From Octopus vulgaris (Eukaryota): 64,000 nt of DNA. A model generated the notes under the pieces. The model was not told the origin of the DNA and searched no databases. It saw only the letters and a list, made by a program, of their open reading frames with translations. The DNA is taken from the NCBI GenBank assembly GCA_951406725.2, contig OX597835.1, positions 1,364,001-1,428,000 on the forward strand. Direction: 5' to 3'. This document shows, piece after piece, positions 10,801 to 23,772 of this stretch (its first letter is position 1; each line of letters starts with the position of its first letter). Both the position numbers and the translations under genes were made by a program.

Positions 10801-13800
10801 GGACTGGAACAGTGGTAGGAGCAGGGAACTATATCAAATAGCTAGATGGGAGGTTAGGAGACAGGTGTATTTAGCCAGGAGAGAAGTGGAAAGGAAGAAC
10901 TTTGCCAGTGTTCTGTGAGATGAGGGCCAGCAGCTTGAGGTGTTTCGGATTGCATGATAGTGAGTGAAAGAAAATGATGATGTAGGAGAGAAGTGTGTTC
11001 ACTTGCAGTTAGTGATTCTGCAAAGAAGAAAAAAACTTGGAAATGCCACTATGAGATGGTTGCTAAAAGCAGAGAATGCATGGGAGAAGGAGAGTCTGCC
11101 TGATGTGGATGCAACCAAGGAACCAGCTACAGTAGCTTGGTAGATAAAGCAATTAAGGAAGACAGGGAAAGCCCCTGACCCATCAGGAATCATCACTGAC
11201 ATGATGAAAATATCTGGCTGGGTGGGATATGGGTTAGTCACCTATATTGTTAATCCACGAGGGAGTCATACACAACTGGTGTAGCAACATTACCATCAAC
11301 TGCTACAAAGGAAAAGGTGACGCCTTTGACAGAAATGATTATGGAGGTATCAAATTGTTGGACCAGGTCATGAAAGTTACAGAAATTAGGAAGAGAGTTA
11401 AACTGGTTGAGATGTAGTTTGGTTTTGTGCCTGGGAGAAGCACTACTGATGCTCAGGAGAAACCAGAAATAAACCTCTGTACTTGGCTTTTGTAGACATG
11501 GAGGAAGTCTTTGACAGAGTCCCTCACTCCCTCATCTGATGTTCACTCTACAAGCTTGCGATAGATGAGTGTTTAATGAGGGCTGTGCAGCCATGCTGTC
11601 AGTAAGGTAATGGTTGGCAATGACTATAGCAAAGAATTTAGTGTACAAGTAGGAGTTCACCAAGGATCACTTCTCAGCCTCTTCTTGTTTATCATAGGTC
11701 TCCAGGCTATAACAAAGGAGTTTAAGACTGGCTGTCCTTGGGAGTGGCCCTATGCTTATGACCTTATTCTTAAAACTGAATCACTACCTGAACTAGAGAA
11801 GGAATTTCAGGTGTGGAAGCAAGGTCTGGAATCTAAGGGCCTTAAAGTTAATTTAGCTAAGACCAAAGTCCTAGTAATTAGGAAAACAGACATATCTCCA
11901 ATACCTTCAGGAAGATAGCCGTGTTCAATATGTAGGAAAGGAGTTGGTAGAAACGCCATACTGTATGCCGAGTACAAGCTATGGACACATAGGAGGTGCA
12001 GAAGTATCACGAGAAGGTTAACAGAAAAAAGCAGTTTTTGTGTGTGGCATATGCACAGGTACAATAAGCACTGAGAATGTACAGAGAATAGATGTCCTCA
12101 AATGTCCAGTAGTAGACAGATTCTGTTACCTAGGTGACCAAGTTAACAGTAGAGGAGGAAGTTCTGAAAGCATAGTTGCTAGAATAAGAGCAAGCTGGGC
12201 ATAGTTCAGAAACCTATTACCTTTGTTTGTAACAAGGGGCCTTTCCCTATGATTGAAAGGTGGATTGTATAATGTCTGTATGCTATATTGCAGTGAGACA
12301 TGGTCTATGGCTACAGAGGACATGCATAGGCTTGAAAGAAATGAAGCCAGCGTGCTCTGTTGGATGGGTGGATGTCAGTGTGCAAGAGAAATATTGGGGT
12401 CACAAGTGCATCAGTTATAGATGAAATTGTGGGAAAGGATCTCTAGACATGGGGCCTCACAGGGGAGATGACAAGAAACCAAGACTCTCGGCAGTTTGTT
12501 GTACCTGAGAAGACACGTCAAGCTAAGTAAAGCTGTGGTTATCCCTATATACAGGCATGTCCTCTACATCCCTCTCTCAACTGAGAGGTCCCTTTTTTGA
12601 GAGCTTACAAGTGCTGGTGCCACATAAAAAGCACTTGTGCCTGTGTCACATAAGAGCGCCCATGCTGGTACCACGTAGAAAGCACTCAATACACTCTGTG
12701 GAGTGGTTGTCATTAGGAAGGGCATCCAGCCATAGAAACCATACCAAAACAGACAATTAGAACCTGGGCAGCTCCCTATTTGGCCAGATTCTGTTGAACT
12801 TTCCAACCCATGACAACATAGCAAGTGGACATTAGATAATGATGATGAGTCAGTACTGGGTTCTATGTAATTGAATAGCCTCCCCCCTTAAAGTTTTGGG
12901 CCTTGTTCTTATAGTAGGAAAGAATCATCATCGTCATTTACCCTCCATTTTCCATGCTAGTGTGGATAAGAAGGCTTGACTGGAACTGGTAAGCCAAAGA
13001 GCTGGCTTGGTTTCTACAGCTGGTTGCTCTTCCTAAAAGGCATCCACCCCAAGAGTGTAGTGGGTGTCACTGGCATGGGTGCCTTTTACATGTCATTGGC
13101 CATGACCACAGTTTCACTTGGCTTCACAAGTCTTCTCAAGCACAGCAAATTGCCAAAGGCCTCAACCACTTGTCATCACCTCCATGAGACCCAAAATGCC
13201 GGGTGGCATTTCCTCCAGTTTTATGTTCTGAGTTCAAATGCTGCTGAAGTTGATTTTGCCTTTCATCCTTTTGGGGTCAATAAAATAAATACCAACTGAG
13301 TGCTGAGGTTGATGTAATCAACTAACCAACTTTCTACCAAAAGTTCAGACCTTGTGCCTATGGTAGAAAGAATTTCTATCACCAAGGGGTCAGCTGGCAG
13401 AATTGGACAACATGCTTGGCTGCACTTCTGGTTCTTTATATTCAGAGTTCAAATTCTGCTGAAGTCAGTTTTGCCTTTCATGTTTTGGGGTTGATAAAAT
13501 AAATACCAGATGGGTACTGAGGTTGATGTAATTGAGTTCCCCCTCAGAAACTGTTGGCCCAGTGCCAAAATTTGAAACCATTCTTCTTTTTCTTCTTCCT
13601 ATTCTTTACTACTACTACTACTATTTGAACAAAAATTAGACATTTGCACATGTCCAGGTTAATTCATTTAATTTGTATTTTTCACATCCTCTGTTTACAA
13701 TCCCAGCATAGGTGACGGAATCTTCATCTATTTTTTACCAAATTTAAACACTGCCAGTATTGAACGAGGAACTTCTTTCAGTGAAAATCTTCAAAAAAAT

Positions 13801-15849
13801 GTTAATTGTTTCATCAAAACAAATCTTGGGCAGAATATTATTACAATATTTTTTGGGTTCAGCAGGGGATAACTTTCTTAAAAGTAGTTGCACTTTTTTC
13901 TCGTCAGTCCAATTGCTAGTCTTCTGTGAAGATTTCTTCATATGTTGGAAAATATGCAGAGAAAGTAATAACTTCTTTTGGATTATAAACAAATCCTCCA
14001 GTTGAGTTTGCTATGGCATCTGGCATGAACAACTCTGAAGTACTTTCAGACTTCTTCAACATTAATTCCAGCAACTGTTGCTGTTGTTAATGCAGTTGCA
14101 ACAGTGACTGCACCACACCGGCCAATGTTAACATATTTTTTCTTTGGTTTCCTACCAAAATATTCGACTGTCCAACACAAGCTTCGAATATCTCATCGCA
14201 GCTTTTATATCCTTAGTTGCAGAGATAGGATTTTAACGAAGCGGGGGTAAAGCAAGGTATTCACAGACGTAGCTTACAACTACCAGCATGTGAGACACCA
14301 ACGCCTTCTTCCCATCTCAACGAGACACGTTACTCTTTATAAGGGTTCAACAAGTCCACCTTTTAACCACACAAGGGTGTTAATATCTATCACTACAACA
14401 GTTCTACACCAGGTTGTTAGACTTGCAATGCTTAAGTGAAATATTAAAACGCAAAATTACATATATATTTTTAAAGTAATTAACTTACACTAAAAGTTGA
14501 TTAATTTCCAGTTATCTAATGACATAGATATATTTGTAATAAACCACATTTCCATTTCAGCAAGGGCAATCGCAATTTGAAGAAAAATGGCCTACTATGC
14601 GCCCAACAGTTCTGAAACTTTTACGCCAAGAAAGGGTGACAAAATTTGAATGGCAAGAATTGTTTTGGTAAGTTTTATTTTTTTCTGCATCATTTTATTA
14701 TAATATACCCATAATTACAGGCCTAAGTTGAGAAACTTACTTTCCAACCGTGTGGGTATGGGTTCTGTCCCACTGATTAGAAACTAGGGCAAGTGGATTT
14801 GGTAGATAGAAACTAAAAGATAATTGTGTTTGTGTGTGTGTGTGTGTATGGAGCGAAATGAAAATAACACTGGCATCTCATTTTAACAGATATATTACCA
14901 AAATTACAAAAAAATATCTTGAAATACTAAAGAGTAAATTTATTCAATAAAATCGGCATTGGCTTCAACCATGGCCTCCAGACGACTTCAGAATCTCCTG
15001 CAACTCTTCATCTTTGGTGTTACAAGCAATTTTGTTGGTCTCTTGCTCAACTGCACCCCAAACATAATAATCAAGGGGGTTGCAGTGTAGGGAGTTAGAT
15101 GGCCAGATGTTAGGGGTGATGTGGTTGCAGAGATTGTCTGACAGCCATGACTGGGTTCTGCTTGTATGGCATGGTGCAGAGTCCTGTAGCCAGGCATAGG
15201 ATGTTCCAGCATCCACCCTCTTGACCCAGGGCAGCACTACCTCCTCCAGGCACTTCATGTAGGCTTCTGTGTTGAGTTTGGGACTGTGTGAGAAGATGAA
15301 TGTAGGCATCATGTTACCATCACTAGTGATCACTCCAACACCATGATATGGACTGGATGTTTGATTTTTATCACTCTCGGTTCATGTTTTGTGAACACGG
15401 CAAGCCAACAGCTGTTCTGTGTGTTCACCATCTGATCCTGGCAGAAAGTTTTCTTGTTTGATAAAAACCAAAGCATGTTCAGTTGGAGGGGATGCTTGAG
15501 TTAGTTCAAAGCTTCGTAGCGTGGTCTTTCCTCTTGTCCTTGATGATTTGGGATAAAAAGTGGCCCTTTCTCATCTTGTATGAGGAATACTGAATGTCTT
15601 CATGCACCACCTGCCTGATAAGACACTCAGACACTCCCATGTCCCTGCCACTAGACCTGATTGGAGGGATTGTTTCTCAATCATGGCCTGAATCTCACCA
15701 ACCAATTCAGTGTGAGTTTTCCAAGCTGCTTTACCTTCGTAATCACCATTAGACTCATACAACTCTTTCTAAATCTTCTACACTATCCTCTGGTTGACAC
15801 CCAAACATTCTGAAATGTTCGTATTGGAGCTTCTGTGGGTATATGTGTG

Positions 15850-15890
<41 letters not shown>

Positions 15891-18800
15891 TAGCAGAGAT
15901 ACCCGGCGTTGCCTGTGTTACATGCAATTGAAGAATTAGACTTTTCTGTTATATATTTTCTGTAATGAACTGGAATACCTATGATTCGAATTTCTTCAAA
16001 ATTGCAGATGAGCGTTCTTTCCCTCTTTACACACCCTAAAAAAATTGTAATCGTGCCACATGTATCCCATACTACTGATTTTTATGTGCATATTCCAAAA
16101 TTCCAGTCTTATTGAACCTGTTAAAAAGATTTTGCTCCTGAAAAATGAAGGTCATGGAGCTCTAAAATGTGAGAGTTAAGGCCCCTGTTGGGGGTGGGTG
16201 TCTTAATGTCAGGAAGAGAAGTTGCATTGTTGAGAATCTTTTTAACTTGGGTCTTATATCTATTGTTTGAATTTCTTTGAAATAGGAAATATATTTTCAC
16301 TGGGTTTGTAAAAGAGAGCAAAACTACAGGAAACCAAAGGACGAATGATCACAATAAGCAGTCAGCTACCCTACCCATTGTCGTTACCAGTCCCAATGTA
16401 GATTCCTCACCATCCCGGTGACAGGCACATATACTTAGCAGCTTAGCAAAAGCGACCAACAGAATAAGCACCAGGCTAAAACAAAAAATAATTTTAGTTT
16501 GACCAAAATTCCCCAGGGCAGTATCCCAGCATGGTTGAAACAAGTAAAAAAATAATACTGTTTTATTTTTATTTTCATTTCTAAATCTAGGGCTGTACAC
16601 TCTGTGTGTTTATGGGATGAAAAAGGTCCCCAGAAGGTGTACCAGGCACTCCAAGATGACATATTGGAATTTATACGACAAGCTCAAATTGTAAGCCACA
16701 ACAGATTCTTACTATACTTTCAATGTCCATCTATCATTTTTATAAATTCCTGTAATTATGATCAGTTTTATTTATTGTTTTGAAATTTTATGTAACTCTT
16801 TTGTCATAAAATACACTGCCTTTATTTCAATTAATTTTGAAAATAATGAAGAATTTATTAAAATAATTGTATCCTTATTATGCTTGTGCTTGGACTATGG
16901 TACCAGATACGATTTTGGATGGTTTGGTATCAAAAACGTTAAATTATTTTGCCCCTGACTTGACAAATATAAATTTCTTGATAGAGTGAAGCATCTTTTA
17001 AGTTCTCTCAACTCAAATGAGAATCCCAATGCAACTGTCACATTATTCCTTCTTGAAACGTTTTGGCCTTTTACATCCTTCCACAATTCTTGCGTTTGAG
17101 GACTTAATGCAATTTTTGTGTTTGATCTCCGATGGCTATCTTTGTCAATAATAGGCTGCTCCACTTCTTCTATGGGTCTGATGTTGGTGTCATGCCTAGC
17201 CTGGGGACTTGATATGGTCGCACTGTCACTGTTCGACATCTTTGCAGACTCAGCATGAACCATTGTGCCAGGTGTTGTGCTCAATTCTAGTTCTGGTTCC
17301 AGTGTGTTCAACAGGGCCAGTTGCTCAACTGCCACTAACTGCAGTGGATGACCCCCTCCCCCTAATCCACGGAGTATTCTTTCCGGCATGTATCACATAT
17401 TTTGCCTTGGATGCAACCTTGTCGAACGTGGGTTTTTTTGTGTATCACATTCTTCTCACTTATTTCAAAGAATGGGTTTACAGCAACTCTCAATGGTCTT
17501 TTCTTTAACTTTTTGGCTGGTGATAATTTACAATCCAAGGCATTCCAATGGTTGAACAGAATTTTGTTCAAGTAGTTGCCGAAATTCCCTGTCTTTGAAT
17601 CAAAATGCTTCAGTGCAGCTTTCACAGTTTGTCCGGCCCTTTCAGCAGTGCTGTTAGATGCTGGACCGTAAGCAGGCATCTCGATCTTTCTGCAACCTAT
17701 TGATGGCAACATATTCCTCAGAGCAACAGTTTCAGGCCCGTTGTCCAATACTAAAGCTGTGGTCACTCTAAAATGAGCAAAGACCTCCAGCAGCTTGCTT
17801 TTTACCACTTAAGTCAAATGATTAGGACACGTGAATGCCTCGATCCATGTTGAATAGGCATCTACTAAGGGTACTAAGGTGGCGAGCTGGCAGAACCGTT
17901 AGCACACCGGGCAAAATGCTTAGCGGTATTTCGCCCGTCGCTACGTTCTGAGTTCAAGGTCGATAAATTAAGTACCAGTTACACACTGGAGTTGATGTAA
18001 TTGACTTAATCCATTTGTCTGTCCTTGTTTGTCCCCTTTATGTTTAACCCCTTGTAGGTAATAAAGAAACAGGTATGAAGACTGGGAAAGGCCCTGGCCC
18101 ATCAGGAATCACTACTGAGATGCTTAAAATATCTGGCGGTGTAGGCTATAGTCTAGTCACTCATGTAATCAACCAGGTGATACAGTGAGTCATACCCAAT
18201 GACTGGTGTAGCAGTACCATAGTCAACCTCTACAAAAAGAAAGGTGATGTATTAGATAGGAAGAATTACAGAGGTATCAAATTGTTGGATCTGGTGATGA
18301 AAGTCATGGAGAGGGTCATAGCCCAACTAATTAGGGAGAGATTTAGTTTAAACGAGATGCAGTTTGGGTTTGTGCCAGGGAGAAGCACCACTCATGCTAT
18401 ATTTCTGGTAAGGCAGCTGCAGGAGAAATTCCTAGCCAAAGATAAACCTCTTTACTTGGCCTTCATTGACTTAGAGAAAGCCTTTGACAGGGTTCCCTAT
18501 TCCCTTATCTGGTGGTCAATGCGGAAGCTAGGAATAGATGAGTGGTTGGTGACGGCTGTTCAAGCCATGTACAGGGATGCTGTCAGTAAGGTGAGGGTTG
18601 CCAACAAGTATAGTGAAGAATTCCCTGTAGAAGTAGTGGTTCACCAAGGATCAGTCCACAGCCCCATCTTATTCATCATAGTCCTCCAGGCAATAACAGA
18701 GGAATTCAAGACAGGCTGCCCCCTGGGAGCTCCTCTATGTTGATGACTTTGCTCTAATAGCTGAGTCACTACGAGAACTAGAGAAGTTGCAGGTGTGAAA

Positions 18801-21800
18801 GCAAGGCCTAGAATCAAAGGGCCTTAGAGTTTATTTAGCAAAAACCAAAGTCTTAGTAAGTAGGAAGGCAGACAAATCACAAACCCCTTCAGGTAGTTGG
18901 TCTGGCTTAATCTGTAGAAAAGGTGTAGGTAGAAACGCTATACAGTGTACCTGGTGTAAGTTATAGACACATAAGAGTTGCAGCAATATCGAAGGAAGGT
19001 TAACTGGGAAGATAATTTTTGTGTGTGGTAGATGCACAGGGGCAATAAACACCAAAGATGTACAAAAAACAGATTCCATCACATACCAGGGGGAAAACCT
19101 AGAAGTAGTTAATTGCTTCCGTTACCGGGGTTACGAAGTCAATAGCAGGGATGGATGCTCTGAGAGCATAGCTGCAAGAATAAGAATAACCTGGTCAAAG
19201 TTCAGGAAGCTTTTACCTCTGCTGGTAACAAAGAGCCTATCTCTCAGAGTAAAAGGTAGACTGTATGATGCATGTGTGCAAACAGCCATGCTACATGACA
19301 GTGAAACATGGACTGTGACTGCTGAGGACATGCGTAGGCTTGAAAGAAATGACGCTAGTATTCTCCGCTGGATGTGTAATGCCATTGTGCATATACAACA
19401 GTGTATAAGCCCCTGAGAGAAATGTTGGACACAGAAAGCATCAGATGTGGTGTGCAAGAGAGAAGACTGTGCTGGTATGGTCATGTGGTGAGAATGGATG
19501 AGGACAGCTGTGTAAAGAAGTATCACACCCTAACAGTGGAAGAAACCTCTGAAAGATGTAGACCCAGGAAGACATGGGGTGAGGTGGTGAAACACGACCT
19601 TTGAACGTTGGGCCTCACAGAGGCAATGGCAAGCGACCGAGACCTTAGGAGATATGCTGTGATTGAAAAGACCCAACAAGTCAGTTGAGAACGTAGCTGT
19701 AGCCAATGCCAGTGTCGCATAACTGGCCCATTTAAAAGTACCCTTCACTCATCGGGCAATATGCTTTGTATGAGAAGACCTGTTGAGTCAAGCCTGATTG
19801 GCATTCATACCAGTGGCATGTAAGAAGCACTATTCGAGCATGGTCGATGCTGTTGCTGCCTGACTCACCCTTGTGCCAGTGACAGATTAAAAGCACCCAC
19901 TACACTCTTGGAGTGGTTGGCATTATGAAGGGCATCCAGCTGTAGAAACCTTGCCAGGTCAGATTGGAGCCTGGTGCGGCCTCCTGGCTTGCCAGTCCTC
20001 AGTCAAACCAGCTTACAGCCTTAGTAGTAGTAGTAGTAGCAGCAGCGGCGCCGCTGCATTTGGCTCAGTGGTTAGAGTGTTAGGCTCACAATCATGAGGT
20101 GGTGAGCTCAATTCCTGGACTGGGCTGTGTTTTGTGTTCTTGAGTAAGACACTTTATTTCACTTTGCTTCAGTCCACTCACTGTAGAATTGAGTTGCGAT
20201 GTCATTGGTGCCAAGCTGTATCAGCCTTTGCCTTTCCCTTGGTGTGGAGAGGCGAGGCTGGTTGTTCCATAAACAACTTTGCCTAGATTTGTGTCTAGGA
20301 GGGTAACTTTCTAGGTGCAGTCCCCTGGTCACTTTTGATTGAAGGGGGTCTTTACCCTTTTTTTTTTATGATGAAGAAAGGATTAGTTTTATTTTTTTGC
20401 CAAATTCTGATTTTTCATGTTTTAATGTTTCTTTATTCTTCAGAGGGTTCTTCAACATCAAGAGGAATCAGCTCTTCTCAAAACATACATTGCTGAGTGG
20501 GGCAAGTTCTTTACTCAGTGTGGTTATTTACCAAAGCCTTTCTGTCAGCTGGAAGCTTCTCTAGCTGGAAAAGCTCACAATACGATGCCAAAGAAAACCC
20601 AAGCAGATGAAAGTATTGTTCGTAAGGTAAGAACTCTTTCTTGGTTCCTTAATGTTTATGGAATATCAGAAGAACTAAAGTGTTATGCATCATATGATTG
20701 CCAACTCTAGAAGTGTAACTTTGCTGCCATGAGTAATATCAGGAAATATGGTTTGTCTTGTATCTATTCTTCTATCTGTTTCAGTCATTAGACTGCAGCC
20801 ATGGTGGGCACCATCTTGAAGAACTTGTAGTCAAAATAATCTACCCTAGTACCTATTTTTCTTTTTTTAAGCCTGGTACTTATTCTATTTGTTTCATTTT
20901 GCTGAACCGCTAAGTTATGGAGACGTAAAACAAACCGATACTGGTTGTCAAGCAGTGGTGGGGTACAAACACGGACACAAAAGATACACACATGTATATA
21001 TAAATATATACAGGGTGGGTGGAAAGTAATTAGGCATCAGAAATTGCTTATAGAATTTTTAGTATCACTGAAGTCATGACGAAAACACTTTTTTAAACAG
21101 ACAACATTAATGGGGATTTCTTATTTCCGCAGTGGCTGGTCGTTTGACTGTCCAGGAGCCAGCTAAGGTAGCAGCACGCTATGAAATGTGGAATTCCATT
21201 GTTTTGGTTCACAAATGGTGGCATGCATGGAAAGGTAAGCATGCAACACTATGTCTGGAGACAATAAGAAGTTTGTCATGCAAAGCTGATGACCACTGGC
21301 TCTGTGAAGAGGCCATTCAACCACATCCTGGTCAGCGGAGAATGTGGCAACAGTGCAAGAAATGTTTAATCGCAGCCCACGAAAATCAACCCATCAAGCA
21401 GCTCGTGAAAGTGGACAAACAAGACACACAATACATACAGTGTTGCATAAAGAATTGAATTTTCGTCCGTGGAAACCCCACTATGTGCAGGAGCTAAAAC
21501 CTGAAGACTGTGACCTCAGAAGTCCAGATCTCACTCCATGTGATTTTTACCTGTGGGATTACACAAAACAGGTGTATAAGACAAAACCTTGCAAACTGGA
21601 GGACTTGGAGACACAGATTCAGGAGGTTCTCAACGATATCCCTGGCGACGTCCCTCAGAAGGTTGTTCATTCCATCCGTTGCTGTTTGAGGAAACTGGTT
21701 GATGCCACCGGTGCTTACATTAAAATATGAAGATTTACTTTCATTTCCCATGTAATAAAGGACATCTATAATTTGTTTCAATAGATTTGTAAAAGGAATA

Positions 21801-23719
21801 TGGATTTTATTACTAATTTTTAATGCCTACTTACTTTTCACCCACCCTGTATACATATGTATATATATGATGGGCATCTTTCAGTTTCTGTCTTCCGAAT
21901 CCACTCATAAGGATTTAGTCAGCCTGAGGCTATAGTAGAAGACACTTGCCCTAGTTGCCATGCAGTGGAACTGAACTTGGAATGATGTAGTTGAGAGGGA
22001 AGCCTCTTATCACACACCCATGCCTGCATCTAAACATAGAATAACTTTAATTTAACAAATTCAACAAATTTCTTTGCGCTTATTTTCAAAAGGGAAATAT
22101 TTAATACTTTAATACAAATTTTGAAAACAGAAATATTACTTTAAATAATACAATTTTTTTCATTTGTGTGACTCCTCCCATATCTATTTATTCCCTCTCC
22201 TCCTCCTCCTCCTCTACTGCCGCTATGATTCATTATCTTCACTCATCCTACATCTCTTTTGTTAACTTTCTAAATATCTCTTCTCTTACTCTCTCTCTCT
22301 CTATGATATTAAGTATGACTGGAGAAGTCGCCCAACCAACCAATATTCACAATGCCAGTCAAGGCAGTCAGCTGGCAGAATCATTAGCTTGCTGGGTAAA
22401 ATGATTAACATTTCATACATTTTTACGTTTTGAGTTCAAATTCTGCCATGGCCAACTTTTGCCCTTCATCCTTTCAGGGTCAATGAAATAAGTACCAGTT
22501 GAGCACTGGGGTCAGTGTAATCAAGTTACCCCATGCCCTGAAATTGCTGACCTTGTGTCAAAATTTGAAACCATTATTTATATTGCTTATTATTATATAA
22601 AGGATTATTTGTAGAGAATTGGATAAGTGCCAAGATATTCAAATTTCAGAATTTATTCTACCATCCATAGCATTTGAAACTGTATACTAACTTTCCGAAA
22701 ACTTGATTTATCAGTGATGAATTTTAATAATGATAGTGTTCAACTATGCGCTTTCAGTATATCATGGTCAAAGAGATATAAGTGAAAAGGTGTGTGTGTG
22801 TGAAAGAATTGGAGTGAGCTGCAAAGAGAGAGAGAGAGAGATTAAAGAAAACTGAAGGCGAAAGACGCAAAGAGCTTTCTGTATCATAATCGAACATTTC
22901 TGTACATCACAGTAAGACTCCTACTTCTTATGACTGTTATCACTCTTTCGTCTTTTTATTTCTTGCACATTAAATGTGGTGTGTGTGTGTCTGTGTGTAC
23001 TTCACCTTCCTTTGGCAGTTTCAATTCCTTAAACTCATTTCTTGTAGTCTTCATTGTGAGTAGCGTCATTGTCATCATAAAGTGAGAAAACTTCAATATT
23101 GCTTTATTGTATCTGCTGACAAAGATTTTGAGATTTCATCAGCAATATTGTTTTTTCTGGTTACAGATGATGCTGGATACCTGGAATCAAAGTATATTCA
23201 ACAATATCAAGCATCGCTTGCAAGACAGTGCCATGAAGCTGGTTCACTCAGAACGTAATGGAGAAGCCTTCAATTCTCAGCTCGTTATTGGAGTCCGTGA
23301 GTCCTATGGTGAGTAATTTTCCTTTTCAAATTTTGTTTGAATACTTCCTGAATACGAATGTTTGGTTTATTTGATAAAGTTTCTATGTTTAATAAAACAA
23401 CTCGGCAAAAAAGTTTTAATGTTTAATACAGGAGACACATAAATAATCATGTCCAATTTTTATCAACTGATGTGCTGGCTCAACCTGCTAGAAATGGCAA
23501 CCAAATCTTTGTCAAATCATCAGCCCACCCCCTGCTATCTCCTCACAAAATGGAAGAACACATTAGATACTTTCACCATTAGCATCTTCTAATGTCTTTG
23601 TATCTTCCTGGCATAGGTTTGACCAGATCTGACATGTCTAAAGACTGCATTGTGCCCCGGTATCCGCTTTGGCAGGGTTTCTCTAACTGGATACTCTTCT
23701 TAATGCTGACCCCTTCACA

Positions 23720-23772
<53 letters not shown>

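Noticed and set aside
15888-16120. Helitron/Helentron-like end (TACTAGCAGAGATACCCGGCGTTGCC)
   Set aside because: Only a short terminal resemblance; no second end or coding remnant.
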